Part shown: positions 16,171-27,276 of the stretch, in pieces
How the letters are laid out: every line of letters starts with the position of its first letter
How positions within the stretch are numbered: the stretch's first letter is position 1
DNA from: Spirochaetia bacterium
GTDB taxonomy: Bacteria; Spirochaetota; Spirochaetia; UBA9216
Direction: 5' to 3'
DNA: 64,000 bases
NCBI GenBank assembly: GCA_963677925.2
Contig: CAXXYH010000004.1
Coordinates: 1,152,001-1,216,000, forward strand
Notes under the pieces: generated by a model
What the model saw: only the letters and a program-made list of their open reading frames with translations
The model's database searches: none
Told to the model about the DNA's origin: nothing
Translations under genes and position numbers: made by a program

Positions 16171-16695
16171 ATGAAATATACAGCACTCTTAAGAGGAATA
16201 AATGTTGGCGGGAAACGTAAAGTTGATATGAAGATTCTCCGCAAACTTTTTGAAGAGGCATCGCTTAACGATGCCGAGACATATCTTAACTCGGGGAATG
16301 TGATTTTTAACTCTGACAGGGAAGCCTGTGAACTTACCGGGATTATTATGAAGCTGATTGAGGACGGGTTCGGCTTTGAGGTGCCGACTCTGGTTATTTC
16401 ACAGGATGAGATTAAGCGCATTGTGTCTCAAATTCCGGAATCATGGCAGAATGACTCAGAGCAGAAAACAGATGTAGCCTTTCTTTTCTCAGCTATCGAT
16501 TACCCGGAGATTATTGATGAACTTCCGGTTAAGAAGGATTATCTTGATATCTGCTACACGCCCGGCGCAGTTATCTTGCATGTGGAGCGTCAGGATCAGA
16601 ATAAAAGTCAGCTCAGCAAGCTGGCCGGTCACAAACATTACCGGCAGATGACTGTACGCAATATCAACACTGCAAGATATCTCTCCGGATTGTGA
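16171..16695 (+). CDS. DUF1697 family protein
   Basis: ALLRGINVGG; TYLNSGNVIF; TVRNINT. Confidence 0.9.
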   Translation: MKYTALLRGINVGGKRKVDMKILRKLFEEASLNDAETYLNSGNVIFNSDREACELTGIIMKLIEDGFGFEVPTLVISQDEIKRIVSQIPESWQNDSEQKTDVAFLFSAIDYPEIIDELPVKKDYLDICYTPGAVILHVERQDQNKSQLSKLAGHKHYRQMTVRNINTARYLSGL

Positions 16696-16729
16696 TATTA
16701 TTATATCAAATGAAAACGGAGGATTAAAA

Positions 16730-17686
16730 ATGAGGATTAAAAATGTAGTATCACTATGCCTGCTTGCCGTGACTACGGTCTCAGCTTTCGGCACTGATGT
16801 ATTTTCATCGAAGGATTCGTTTCTGTTTGAATGCGGAACGGGAATGAACTATACATTTGATCAGAGTTCCGGTGAGTTTAATACCAATCCTGATTTTACT
16901 TTTTACTTTGGCAGGGTTGAACGGAATGGAGCCCCTTCGGAAGAAGCCGCCTTTCTCAACCAGATCGGATGGGCTGATATTCAGGCGCAGTTTTTTACCA
17001 ATCTCAAACAGACTTCAATCGATGGTACCGTCAACAGCCTGGACAATACAACAGTCGGTTTTGATCTTGATCTGCGGTGGGTCTATGACGGCTTTCCTTT
17101 AATTATTGAAATACCCCTGGAAGACAAGCGGATAAGGTGGAAAACAGATGAAACCACTGTAGCTGTCCTAAGGTATCATATCCTTGCTCTTAGGGCCGGG
17201 TATTATATCTTTCCGGAAACCGAAATTTCTCTTGGATGGGGATATCTGCAGCCTGATCTTTTTTACAAGACAGACTGGGATTCGACCATATATTCCTACC
17301 TTGCCGCCGACGTGGGTATAATCACAGCAAGGATGAAATCTGTAATGGATCTCTCAAACGGAATGTGGCTTTCGACAACCCCCGAAATTGCAGTTCTCTA
17401 TGATGATAACGGAAACCTCCTTTATAACTATGCAGCAGAACTTGCTTTTTATCCGGTAGACTCACTGCGTATAGGTTTGAATGCTTCCTCCTCCGACTTT
17501 GTTGAAGGGGATTCTTCGGTTAATCCATTTATTGAAGTTCTTGGTGCAAGCAGTCTTGCCGCCTCGGTGAAAACTGACCTCTTTGATATTTTTTCGCTTG
17601 AAGTTATGGGTTCTGTAAAGATTGCAGCGGATCCGGAATATGATCCGGTATTTGAAGCCGGGGGAGTAATTTCGGCAAGATACTGA
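16730..17686 (+). CDS. Secreted protein, probable outer-membrane beta-barrel
   Basis: Signal peptide; alternating aromatic beta-strands; C-terminal aromatic residue (ISARY). Confidence 0.55.
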   Translation: MRIKNVVSLCLLAVTTVSAFGTDVFSSKDSFLFECGTGMNYTFDQSSGEFNTNPDFTFYFGRVERNGAPSEEAAFLNQIGWADIQAQFFTNLKQTSIDGTVNSLDNTTVGFDLDLRWVYDGFPLIIEIPLEDKRIRWKTDETTVAVLRYHILALRAGYYIFPETEISLGWGYLQPDLFYKTDWDSTIYSYLAADVGIITARMKSVMDLSNGMWLSTTPEIAVLYDDNGNLLYNYAAELAFYPVDSLRIGLNASSSDFVEGDSSVNPFIEVLGASSLAASVKTDLFDIFSLEVMGSVKIAADPEYDPVFEAGGVISARY

Positions 17687-17712
17687 GATATTTTTCTGGT
17701 ATACTTTTAGCC

Positions 17713-19062
17713 ATGAGAAAGAATGTTTTTGCCGGTTGTTTTGTCCTGGCCTGTGTAATAATTTTAAGCGCCTGCGCCGGCTTTCAGTGGCAGGTTTACA
17801 GCCTTCCTGTTGATGCAGATCTGAGTGTTTCTCCGGAGGCTGCTCCGCTTGATAACCCGCTTAAAGGTTTCATGCCTTATTACGACCAGGATTTTAACTT
17901 CCCCTGCAGCCTTGAGTGGTTTTATGTTCCAATGAATGCCATCATGGACGGGCCGTCAAGCTTTACATTTGACAGCGGAATAGAACCGCTTCTTGATGAT
18001 ATTGCAGGCCGGGGACATCAGGCGGTTTTCAGGGTTTATCTTGATTATCCTGATCTTGAAACCGGTATCCCTGCCTTTATTCTTTCTGATATTGCAACAA
18101 ATACCTACACTGATTACGGCGGAGGAATTTCTCCGGATTATGATGATGAAGATTTAATTGGACCTGTGGAGGATTTAATTGAGGAACTGGGCCGGGTATA
18201 TAACGGCGACCCGCGTATAGGGTTTATCACAATTGGAATTCTTGGTTTCTGGGGAGAATGGCACACCTATCCGCATGATGACTGGTTTGCTTCACGGGAT
18301 ACCCAGCTCAGGGTCATTACCGCCATGAATGACGCTTTTCCTGATACTGAGATCCTGCTGCGGTATCCAGGGCATAAGGCTGACGGCATATCAACCGGTT
18401 ACCACGATGACAGCTTTGCTTATGAAACACTCCCGGAGGAGGACTGGAGTTTTCTTCAGATAATGGCTGATTCAGGTGAGATTAATGCATGGAAAACAAA
18501 ACCAATCGGGGGCGAACTTTACCCTGATATTCAGGCTGATATATTTAACCTGCTGCCGCCGCTCAACTCAGAAAATTATACGAAATGTGTTGAACAGACA
18601 CATGCTTCCTGGCTTCTCAATTATGAAGTATTTGAAAGTTTCCCGTCCTGGAGTTCTGCAAAGCAGGAGAGGGCGGAGAATGGTGCGGCTAAGCTCGGAT
18701 ATACAATATCAGTCAAGCATATACAGATAGGTAACTCAGGCACGGGGCTGTCGGTTGCCTGCAGATTTATAAACACAGGTGTCGCTCCGTTTTACTACCG
18801 GTGGCCGGTTACAATTAAGGTTTTAGATGCTGCCGGAAATACAGTTGCAGAAAAAAACGCTGACTGGGATATAACAACAATCCTGCCCGGGGATTCAGGT
18901 TATGATTTTTCTGCTGAAATAGAATGGGATATTCCTGCTTCCGGAGAATATACTCTGGGAATCTCCGTGGATAACCCGATGGAAGGCGGAAAGCCCCTTG
19001 TTTTTGCGAATGATGAGTCTACAAGGGACGGTAAAACACTGATGATAGATTTTACACTTTAA
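17713..19062 (+). CDS. Lipoprotein glycoside hydrolase (DUF4832-type)
   Basis: LSAC lipobox; NPLKGF; GFWGEWH; GYHDDSF; N-GVAPFYY. Confidence 0.75.
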   Translation: MRKNVFAGCFVLACVIILSACAGFQWQVYSLPVDADLSVSPEAAPLDNPLKGFMPYYDQDFNFPCSLEWFYVPMNAIMDGPSSFTFDSGIEPLLDDIAGRGHQAVFRVYLDYPDLETGIPAFILSDIATNTYTDYGGGISPDYDDEDLIGPVEDLIEELGRVYNGDPRIGFITIGILGFWGEWHTYPHDDWFASRDTQLRVITAMNDAFPDTEILLRYPGHKADGISTGYHDDSFAYETLPEEDWSFLQIMADSGEINAWKTKPIGGELYPDIQADIFNLLPPLNSENYTKCVEQTHASWLLNYEVFESFPSWSSAKQERAENGAAKLGYTISVKHIQIGNSGTGLSVACRFINTGVAPFYYRWPVTIKVLDAAGNTVAEKNADWDITTILPGDSGYDFSAEIEWDIPASGEYTLGISVDNPMEGGKPLVFANDESTRDGKTLMIDFTL

Positions 19063-21136
19063 AGCGTCCGATTACATCTTCCATTTCGCTGATGTTTCTG
19101 TTCATTTCATCCGAAAGTGTTGATACTTCCTGCGATGACTGATTTATCTGCTGGGTCCCGGTAGCCATTTCATCCATACTGCCAAGCACTGTCGATGAAG
19201 TCTGCTTAAGATCCTGCATTGCACTGAGTGCTTCTCCGGCACTGCTGTTTACTCTTCCGGCCATGGTTTTAACTTCCTCGCCGATATCATTTATCTCGGT
19301 CAGAGCAATAAGGACCTGCTTTGAGCCTTCCCGCTGTTCGGCCATCGCTCTCTCAATCTGCTTTACAAGAATATCTGTCGTGTCTATTTCTGAGGTTATT
19401 GAAGCAAAGACTGTCTCCGACTCTCTGGAGGTTTCAACAACTTCGGCAATAGTTTCTGATATCTTGCTAAGCTCCGCCCCGATGCTTCTGGACTGTTCCG
19501 CAGAGGTTTCAGAGAGTCTTCTTATCTCATCTGCAACAACAGAGAATCCCTTTCCCGCCTCGCCGGCATGCGCAGCTTCAATTGCTGCATTCATTGCCAG
19601 CAGGTTCGTCTGTGAGGCTATTCCGGCAATAACTTCATTTGCTTCCATCAGCAGCTCGGACTGACTGGCAATCTCACGGACGCTTGAATCGACTGCGGAT
19701 TGTTTTACCTTGCCGATTGATGCTTCTTCTGTCAGCTTGCTGAACTTTGCAGCCATCTTCTCGACTGTATCGGTAACTGAGGCGATATTGCTCACCATCT
19801 GCTCAACGGCTGCGGATGATTCCACACTGCCGGAAACCTGACTGTCGATCATTGATTCAAGGCTGCTGATACTGTTTGCCATCTCACTGACAGCCTCCGA
19901 AGCTGAATTGGTGCTCTCTGCCTGGTGAGAGGACTGTCTTCTTACTCCTTCAATATTTGCAAGAATCTCACTGATTGCACTTGCGGTGTCATAGGAGCTG
20001 TTAGCAAGCCTTTCTCCTATACCTCCAAGCGCCTCCTGTGTCTGTTTGAGTGAGCTGACAATTTTATGGAGATTTTCAACAAAATGGTTGAAGCCGCCCG
20101 CAAGTCTGCCGATTTCATCCTTGCGGTCAATTTCAATTCTCTTTGTAAGATCTCCTTCCCCGCTGGCAATGCCCTTAATAGTCTCGGCGATGGTTTGCAC
20201 CGGTTTAGCAAATGCTGTTCCGACAAGAACAGAGATAAGTATGCCGGCGATTACCATAGTAAGTGATATTCCAATAAAAATATTCTTTAATCCGTCAACC
20301 GGAGCAAAAGCAACATCCTGGGGTGACCCTATTGATACACTCCAGTTATATTTCGGGATGGGGGAATATGCAGAAATTATAGAGATGCCGCTCATTTTAA
20401 TGGTCAGGATCCCCCGTTCTCCGGCTGTCATCTTTTCAGCCAGCTGGGACAGGGGCTGCATTGTGCTGTTTTCATCCGCTAGTTCAAAAATTGATTTCTG
20501 CAGCTGAACCATCTCCATGTCAGTACTGGCAATGGGTATTCCTTCCTCTGTAAGTACCATGTTGAGAGTCTCGTCGCCGTAGAAGATCGTATTTATTTTT
20601 TCACTGAGATATTCAGCGTTGCGCTGTCCTATAAGTGCTCCGAACAGTTTTCCGTCCTTATAGATTGGCGCTGCAAACAGAACGGTCAGAAGATCTTCTT
20701 CGCCCTTTACAGCACTGAATACCGGATTTGAAACAACTGATTTTCCGGTACTGAACAGTTTCTGAAGATAGGCACGATTGGAAATATCAATTACCGGACC
20801 TCCGGAAACATGGAGTTTTCCGAAAATATCTGCTGCCGACATTGAGTTGAAACCTAATCGTTCTGCCTCCTGAAGCAGTTTCTGTTCAATCTCAGGACTG
20901 AAGTCAAAATCAAAATTTGCGGCTACAACTTCAAGCTGCCCAAGCTGAAGGTCTACCCATGATTCATAGGTTTGTGCCATAAGGTCGGCTTCCCGCTGAA
21001 GGGTATTGCTTACTTCACTTTCCAGAATACGAATTGAACCGATATAAGCTGCTGTGCTCATTATCAGGCTTATGACTACCGCCATGCCTGCATACGAAAA
21101 TATGTGTTTATTTTTAACAGATGATGATAAAAACAT
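19052..21136 (-). CDS. Methyl-accepting chemotaxis protein (dCache-HAMP-MA)
   Basis: [36 protein letters not shown]; two TM helices; HAMP. Confidence 0.95.
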   Translation of the reverse strand: MFLSSSVKNKHIFSYAGMAVVISLIMSTAAYIGSIRILESEVSNTLQREADLMAQTYESWVDLQLGQLEVVAANFDFDFSPEIEQKLLQEAERLGFNSMSAADIFGKLHVSGGPVIDISNRAYLQKLFSTGKSVVSNPVFSAVKGEEDLLTVLFAAPIYKDGKLFGALIGQRNAEYLSEKINTIFYGDETLNMVLTEEGIPIASTDMEMVQLQKSIFELADENSTMQPLSQLAEKMTAGERGILTIKMSGISIISAYSPIPKYNWSVSIGSPQDVAFAPVDGLKNIFIGISLTMVIAGILISVLVGTAFAKPVQTIAETIKGIASGEGDLTKRIEIDRKDEIGRLAGGFNHFVENLHKIVSSLKQTQEALGGIGERLANSSYDTASAISEILANIEGVRRQSSHQAESTNSASEAVSEMANSISSLESMIDSQVSGSVESSAAVEQMVSNIASVTDTVEKMAAKFSKLTEEASIGKVKQSAVDSSVREIASQSELLMEANEVIAGIASQTNLLAMNAAIEAAHAGEAGKGFSVVADEIRRLSETSAEQSRSIGAELSKISETIAEVVETSRESETVFASITSEIDTTDILVKQIERAMAEQREGSKQVLIALTEINDIGEEVKTMAGRVNSSAGEALSAMQDLKQTSSTVLGSMDEMATGTQQINQSSQEVSTLSDEMNRNISEMEDVIGRFKV

Positions 21137-21212
21137 CTTTTCTCCTATTTATTCCTTTCTAATTAAATCTTAGTAAAGGCCCAGGAGAATAGCAAATTCC
21201 AGAATTGGAAAA

Positions 21213-23453
21213 TTATTTTCTATGTTTTATTTTCCAGCTTCTGTGGATGCGGTAATTCCTTTTAAAATCCGGATCTATGGTCTGTTCCGAGATCTCTTTT
21301 ATGTCCAAATCGGAGGAAAGCTCCTCATCCATTTGAAATTTTCGATAATTATTGCAGAAGATCAGGGTTCCGTCAGAACTGAGCCGTGATGCAGTCAGCC
21401 GTATAAGATTTACGTGATCTCTTTGAATGTCGAATATATCATCCCTGTCCTTGGAGTTGGAGAAAGTTGGAGGATCCAGAAATATTAAATCATACTCTCC
21501 TATACTCGATTCAAGCCATTTCATACAGTCTTCCCGCACAAAACTGTGATTTCCTGAATCAAATTTGTTGAGTTTCATGTTCTCTTCCGCCCAGTCCAGA
21601 TATGTCCTTGAGGTGTCTACTGATGTTGTTGCGTAAGCTCCGCCTGCAGCTGCATACACAGAAGCTGTCCCTGTATAGCAGAAAAGATTCAGAAAGGTTT
21701 TACCATCGGCCAGTTCTCTGATACGCATACGGAGAGGCCGGCTGTCCAGGAAAATACCGGTATCAAGGTAGTTGTTCAGATCTATTAGAAACTTTAGTCC
21801 ATGTTCCTTTATAATGAGTTTTTGACTGCCGTATCGATTTTCATCTTTTTTGGTGTACTGGCTTGAGCCCTTCTGTCTTTTTCGCTGTTTCAGAATAACT
21901 GATTTCTCGGGCAGTTCAAGGTAGGCTGATACTGCGGAAAGCGCCTCACGCAGACGTCCGGCAGCTGCCACAGGATCGATTGTTTTCGGAGGTGCATATT
22001 CCTGAACAACAGCATTCGGCGGATATATATCAACCGCTACCGAATATTCGGGCATATCAGCGTCATACAGCCGGTAGCATTCAAGTCCTGTGTTCTTAAG
22101 CCACTTTTTCAGGTTCTTTGAGTTCTTTTTCAGCCGGTTGTACAGCATCTGTGCTCCGGGACTGAGCTCTTCAAATGAAGGCCAGGCAGTCTTTTTGGTG
22201 TTATTTTCCGGCTTTTTTGAGGCTGATTCAGCACCATCGGCAATCTGTGTGTCTTCCTGCTTTTCGTAAATCCTGAAATGCGAAAGAGAGCATCGGATTC
22301 CGCCGTTATACACAGTATTGATTTTATCAGCCTTTAGGCCGGTGGCTTCTGAAAGCTGTCTGTCTCCTGTCAGGATTGAAATGTTCCAGCCGGGAAAGCT
22401 GTTTTTAATATGTTCGCCAAGCCGTCCGTAGAACATCAGCATGTTCTGGTCTTTGCCCAGTCTTTCGCCATACGGCGGGTTTACCGCAAGAAGTCCGGGA
22501 TGCAGTATTACCGGTTTATCATCCTTGAAAAAATCTGCCTTTGATATGTCAAAATATCCGTCATTCCAGAGATCCGCAGCAGGGCTTGCCTTTATATTGT
22601 TGATTGCAGTCCGTACCGCAAAGCCCTCACTGTCCCTGCCGTAAAAAAGAGGAGTGCTGCATTTGCGAACAAATTCAAGTCCCTCGGCTCTTCGTTTCTG
22701 AGCAGCTGCTTTAATCTTTTCCCAGAGCGGGGCCTGGAAATTTTTAAGTTTCATGAATCCGAAGTATTTCCGGTCAATTGCCGGCGCCATGTCCGCCGCT
22801 ATCATCGCAGCTTCAATAAGCAGGGTTCCCGAGCCGCACATGGGATCAAGAAAGGGGCGGCATGATTCTTCTGCAGTGAAGGTGTTCCATCCTGCACGCA
22901 TAAGTACTGCGGCGGCTGTATTTTCACGTACAGCAGCCTTTGCGGCGCTGAGCCGGTAGCCGCGTCTGTGCAGCGGTTCGCCTGAAAGGTCTATGCTCAC
23001 TGATGCCTGCTTCAGTCTTATATGAAGGTGGAGGCGGGCATCCGGATTTTTTGTATCAACTGCGGGCCTGGTCCCTGTAAGGTTTCTTGCCCTGTCAACT
23101 ATTCCGTCTTTTACAAGCAGGGCGGAGTAATCGGGTGTACAGATTTTTGATTTTGATATTGTAGATGTAACGGCAATACTTGAAGTGAGATTAAAAAAAT
23201 CCTCCCATGCAAACTCTTCAACAGCCTTTTTAATGTCTTCAGGAGCAATCGCTTCAAAATCAAGAACAGGAAGCAGAAGCCGGTTGGCAGTCCGAGACCA
23301 CAGGCATATGCTGTATGCACTTTCAAGGCTTCCCTGAAACTCTACACCGCCGTGTACGACCTTTGGCTCTTTGCCGCCGAAGGTCAGAACTTCTTCTTTG
23401 AGCAGTTCCTCCAGGTAAACCGGGCAGGTTGCAAATAATCTGTGTTCACTCAT
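21213..23453 (-). CDS. rlmKL: Bifunctional 23S rRNA methyltransferase RlmKL
   Basis: THUMP; DPMCGSGT; NPPYGER; FLNLFCYTG; DPPTFSNSK. Confidence 0.95.
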   Translation of the reverse strand: MSEHRLFATCPVYLEELLKEEVLTFGGKEPKVVHGGVEFQGSLESAYSICLWSRTANRLLLPVLDFEAIAPEDIKKAVEEFAWEDFFNLTSSIAVTSTISKSKICTPDYSALLVKDGIVDRARNLTGTRPAVDTKNPDARLHLHIRLKQASVSIDLSGEPLHRRGYRLSAAKAAVRENTAAAVLMRAGWNTFTAEESCRPFLDPMCGSGTLLIEAAMIAADMAPAIDRKYFGFMKLKNFQAPLWEKIKAAAQKRRAEGLEFVRKCSTPLFYGRDSEGFAVRTAINNIKASPAADLWNDGYFDISKADFFKDDKPVILHPGLLAVNPPYGERLGKDQNMLMFYGRLGEHIKNSFPGWNISILTGDRQLSEATGLKADKINTVYNGGIRCSLSHFRIYEKQEDTQIADGAESASKKPENNTKKTAWPSFEELSPGAQMLYNRLKKNSKNLKKWLKNTGLECYRLYDADMPEYSVAVDIYPPNAVVQEYAPPKTIDPVAAAGRLREALSAVSAYLELPEKSVILKQRKRQKGSSQYTKKDENRYGSQKLIIKEHGLKFLIDLNNYLDTGIFLDSRPLRMRIRELADGKTFLNLFCYTGTASVYAAAGGAYATTSVDTSRTYLDWAEENMKLNKFDSGNHSFVREDCMKWLESSIGEYDLIFLDPPTFSNSKDRDDIFDIQRDHVNLIRLTASRLSSDGTLIFCNNYRKFQMDEELSSDLDIKEISEQTIDPDFKRNYRIHRSWKIKHRK

Positions 23454-24061
23454 ACAAGATTTGTCTTTATAAAGGCAGTAAGTACTTCAAGTGCTGTCTG
23501 GTTATATCCGCCTTCGGGGATTATGAGGTCCGCAAAGGTTTTTGTCGGTTCGATGAACTCTATATGTCCCGGACGGACCACTTCCATGTACTGGGTGATT
23601 ACTGATTCCATTGTACGGCCGCGTTCTTCTATGTCGCGCTTCATTCTGCGTATAAATCGGATGTCGCTCGGGGTATCAACAAAAAGCTTCAGATCGATAA
23701 GGTCCCGGACTTTTCTGTCGGAATAGATCATGATTCCTTCAAAAATAATTACTTTCCGCGGTTCAACCCTTACTGTTTCATCGGCTCTGCGGTGATGAAC
23801 AAAGTCATACTGGGGCATGTCCACGGCCTTGCCCTTTTTCAGATCTTTTAACTGGCTTATCAGCAGATCGTTGTCAAAGGCGTCGGGGTGGTCGAAATTG
23901 AAGGCTGTAATATTCTGGTTGTTGATATATTCAGCCGATTTATAATAATTATCCTGAGGTATAAAAACAAAATCCGGTACAATTTTCTCAATCTGTTTAA
24001 CGATTGTAGTCTTTCCGGAGCCTGAGCCTCCGCATATTCCAATAAGGTAAACTTTGTCCAT
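23450..24061 (-). CDS. udk: Uridine kinase
   Basis: GGSGSGKTT; NFDHPDAFD; RDIEERGR. Confidence 0.95.
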   Translation of the reverse strand: MDKVYLIGICGGSGSGKTTIVKQIEKIVPDFVFIPQDNYYKSAEYINNQNITAFNFDHPDAFDNDLLISQLKDLKKGKAVDMPQYDFVHHRRADETVRVEPRKVIIFEGIMIYSDRKVRDLIDLKLFVDTPSDIRFIRRMKRDIEERGRTMESVITQYMEVVRPGHIEFIEPTKTFADLIIPEGGYNQTALEVLTAFIKTNLV

Positions 24062-24161
24062 ATATGAAATATAGAATAATTAACATCCGGTTGTCGAGGG
24101 GAGAACTCATATATAGTCAATTTCATTTCGTTGTTGATTTTTTTTCACACTGAGCTTAATA

Positions 24162-24186
24162 TAATCCTGACCGTTTAGTCGGATTA
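24162..24186 (+). promoter_or_regulatory. Probable TetR operator overlapping a -10 element
   Basis: TAATCCTGAC-N6-GTCGGATTA imperfect palindrome; TATAAT 24160-24165. Confidence 0.5.
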
Positions 24187-24199
24187 ATCAATAAACTAT

Positions 24200-24847
24200 A
24201 TGAAATCTACTTTCGAAAGGCTCCCCCGGGAGAAAAAACAGCGTATCATAAACGCCTGTGTGAACGAGTTCGGCAGTTATTCCTACGAGAAAAGTTCTAC
24301 CGACAGAATCATTAAAAAGGCGGGCATCTCAAAGGGCGGCCTTTACGAGTATACCTCCAGCAAGGAAGAGCTTTTTCTTTACATCGTTAAATACGGTTAT
24401 GAGAGAATTTCAGCCCACCTTGCCTGGGAAGCCAGACATGAAGGAAAGGAACTTCCGGCGTCGCTGATTGACCGTATGTTTCTATATGCCAGCCTTGCCA
24501 TAGATTTCTATATCAGTAATCCCAAGTATGTATCGCTGATCGTAAATACCCATAAGATCAGCGACCGGAAGCTTGAGAAAAAGGTTCTCGAAATAGGCAG
24601 TACCCACTTCAGCCGGCTTTTCGACGACTGCGACTTTTCTTCGATAAATATACCGAAGAGACGGGCGATGGATTTAGTATCATGGTTCATTATGAAAACA
24701 AGGTATGATTTTATATCCGAAATCGAAACCGAAACGGATATCGAGAAGATAAAGGAAGATTACCTTAATGACTGGACCTACGTTGTTAGAATACTGCGTT
24801 ACGGAATAACCGGAATGACAGAAGGAGTAAGATATGATTTGGAATGA
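24200..24847 (+). CDS. TetR/AcrR family regulator
   Basis: [28 protein letters not shown]. Confidence 0.92.
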   Translation: MKSTFERLPREKKQRIINACVNEFGSYSYEKSSTDRIIKKAGISKGGLYEYTSSKEELFLYIVKYGYERISAHLAWEARHEGKELPASLIDRMFLYASLAIDFYISNPKYVSLIVNTHKISDRKLEKKVLEIGSTHFSRLFDDCDFSSINIPKRRAMDLVSWFIMKTRYDFISEIETETDIEKIKEDYLNDWTYVVRILRYGITGMTEGVRYDLE

Positions 24848-26135
24848 AAAAATGGAGACTATGCCCCAGGCTGAGCTTGAAAAAGTACAGACTGAAAGTC
24901 TCGCAAAACTTGCAGAGAACCTTTACGCAAAGGTTCCTTTCTATAAAAAGAAATTTGATGAACTTGGTGTTAAACCTTCTGACATCCAGGATATTAAGGA
25001 TATTTCAAAACTTCCTTTTACTACTAAGGATGAAATGCGTGAGACATACCCCTATGGGCTTCTTGCCGTAGATGAATCAGAAATTGTTGAGATACATCAG
25101 TCCTCCGGAACCACAGGAACTCCCGTTGTTGATGCCTACACACAGAAGGATATTGATATCTGGGGTGAATGCATGGCCCGCTGTCTTACCATGGCCGGTG
25201 CCGGAAAGAATGATGTAATTCAGAATGCCTACGGATACGGTCTTTTTACCGGCGGTCTCGGTGTGCACTACGGAGCAAGAACAATTGGTGCTAATGTTAT
25301 TCCCATCTCAGGCGGTAATACCGGACGGCAGCTTACCGTAATGAAAGACTTCGGAACGACCTTTCTTACCTGTACTCCGTCCTACTCGCTGTATATTGCC
25401 GAGTTTGCTGCAGAGAACGGCTTTTCAATGAAGGACATGAAGGTTAAGGCCGGATGTTTCGGAGCCGAGCCCTGGACTGAGGAAATGAGAAAGGAAATGG
25501 AGGCTCAGCTTCACCTGGATGCCTTTGATATCTACGGACTTACTGAAATTATCGGCCCGGGTGTTGCAAATGAATGCGAATGCAAGGACGGTCTCCACGT
25601 AAATGAAGACCTCTTTTATCCTGAAATTATCGATCCGGTAAGCGGAGAGGTTCTTCCCGACGGTGAGAAGGGTGAACTGGTTTTTACAACCCTTACAAAG
25701 CAGGGTACTCCCATTCTCCGTTACCGAACACGCGACATCACCTACCTTAGCAGAGGGAAATGTGCCTGCGGCAGAACATCGGTAAAAATGCATAGACTTA
25801 TGGGCAGGACCGATGATATGCTGATTATCAGGGGTGTGAATGTGTTCCCGACCCAGATCGAGGAAATCCTTGTTCAGATGGAGGAAACACAGCCGCATTA
25901 CCAGATAGTTGTTGACCGGGGACAGAAGCATCTTGATGAAGTTGAAGTCTGGGTGGAAGTGAAGGAACAGTTCTTCTCGGATGAAACCAAAAATATGGAA
26001 AGTCTTCGTTCAAAGATCAAGGGAGAGATGAAGAACAGGCTTGGGGTGAATGCGACAATCAAACTTGTTGAACCAAAGACTATTGAAAGAAGCATCGGTA
26101 AAGCCAAAAGAGTCATCGACAAGAGAAATCTATAG
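24834..26135 (+). CDS. paaK: Phenylacetate-CoA ligase family protein
   Basis: SSGTTGTP; YGLFTGGLG; DIYGLTEI; [16 protein letters not shown]. Confidence 0.9.
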   Translation: MIWNEKMETMPQAELEKVQTESLAKLAENLYAKVPFYKKKFDELGVKPSDIQDIKDISKLPFTTKDEMRETYPYGLLAVDESEIVEIHQSSGTTGTPVVDAYTQKDIDIWGECMARCLTMAGAGKNDVIQNAYGYGLFTGGLGVHYGARTIGANVIPISGGNTGRQLTVMKDFGTTFLTCTPSYSLYIAEFAAENGFSMKDMKVKAGCFGAEPWTEEMRKEMEAQLHLDAFDIYGLTEIIGPGVANECECKDGLHVNEDLFYPEIIDPVSGEVLPDGEKGELVFTTLTKQGTPILRYRTRDITYLSRGKCACGRTSVKMHRLMGRTDDMLIIRGVNVFPTQIEEILVQMEETQPHYQIVVDRGQKHLDEVEVWVEVKEQFFSDETKNMESLRSKIKGEMKNRLGVNATIKLVEPKTIERSIGKAKRVIDKRNL

Positions 26136-26158
26136 GACAGCATATTTTAGGAGGCATT

Positions 26159-26575
26159 ATGGCTTTAAAGCAGATATCAGTTTTTCTTGAAAATAAATCA
26201 GGCCGTCTGGCCGAGGTATCCGGATTACTCGGAGAAGCGGGATTCAATCTTCGTGCAATAAGTATAGCCGACACCGCTGATTTCGGAATTCTCAGGATAA
26301 TTATAGACAAACCGGATGAAACCCTGGCTCTTCTTGAAAAGAACGGTTTCACAGCCAAGGAAAACCTTGTTTTAGGGGTTGAGGTCGGCGACACTCCGGG
26401 CGGACTTGCCCATGTTATGAAGATTTTCGATGAAAACGGGGTAAACATCGAGTACCTTTATTCATCACTTGAGAGTAATTCGGACAAGGCTGTGATTATC
26501 TTCAAGGTTGAGGATGTACAGCATGGTATTAAAATTCTTGAAAAATACAATGTAAGCAGGATTTCCCGGTTTTAA
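26159..26575 (+). CDS. ACT domain protein
   Basis: QISVFLENKSGRL; DTPGGL; NIEYLY. Confidence 0.9.
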   Translation: MALKQISVFLENKSGRLAEVSGLLGEAGFNLRAISIADTADFGILRIIIDKPDETLALLEKNGFTAKENLVLGVEVGDTPGGLAHVMKIFDENGVNIEYLYSSLESNSDKAVIIFKVEDVQHGIKILEKYNVSRISRF

Positions 26576-26576
26576 A

Positions 26577-27275
26577 ATGAAGCCGGGACTGCTTTTACTT
26601 TTAGTTTCCTTTCTTTTGCTGAGCTCCTGTTCGCTTGCGCCTGATTATTCCGATTCGGACCTTGCGGCAGGAGTTTCTGTTTCCGAACTCTCAGATTATT
26701 ACCTCATTGAACCTGACAGCGGTGCCGTTGATTCAAAGCTTCTCATCTTCTATCCCGGCGGACTTGTCGACGAGACTGCCTATCTGCCTGTTCTGACTAT
26801 GATTGCTGCTGAAGGTATAAGCATTGTACTTGTGAAGATGCCCTTCGACCTGGCTGTCTTTAAGCAGAATGCTGCCCTTGATGTTATAGAAGATTTTCCC
26901 GGAAGGGATTACTGGATAGCCGGACATTCACTTGGCGGTGCAATGGCTTCGGGGGTGGTTTTCCGCAATCCAGAGCTGTTCACAGGTATTGCCTTCTGGG
27001 CTTCCTACCCGTCAGCTGACTGGGACTTAAGCGGTAATACAGTTATTGATGTTCTTTCACTCCGGGGCAGCCTTGATGGTGTTGCTGCTCCGGAAGAAAT
27101 TGAAGATGCCGACTATCTTCTTCCCGAAGGATTTACTACTATAGTTATAGAAGGCGGAAATCACTCCGGCTTCGGTTCATACGGTCCGCAGAACGGCGAC
27201 AATGTGGCCTCTATAACAAAGGAAGAGCAGCACCTGCAGATTACTGAAGCTATGATTACTTTTCTTGGAGAATAA
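26577..27275 (+). CDS. Alpha/beta hydrolase lipoprotein
   Basis: LSSC lipobox; GHSLGG; GGNHSGFG. Confidence 0.88.
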   Translation: MKPGLLLLLVSFLLLSSCSLAPDYSDSDLAAGVSVSELSDYYLIEPDSGAVDSKLLIFYPGGLVDETAYLPVLTMIAAEGISIVLVKMPFDLAVFKQNAALDVIEDFPGRDYWIAGHSLGGAMASGVVFRNPELFTGIAFWASYPSADWDLSGNTVIDVLSLRGSLDGVAAPEEIEDADYLLPEGFTTIVIEGGNHSGFGSYGPQNGDNVASITKEEQHLQITEAMITFLGE

Positions 27276-27276
27276 A

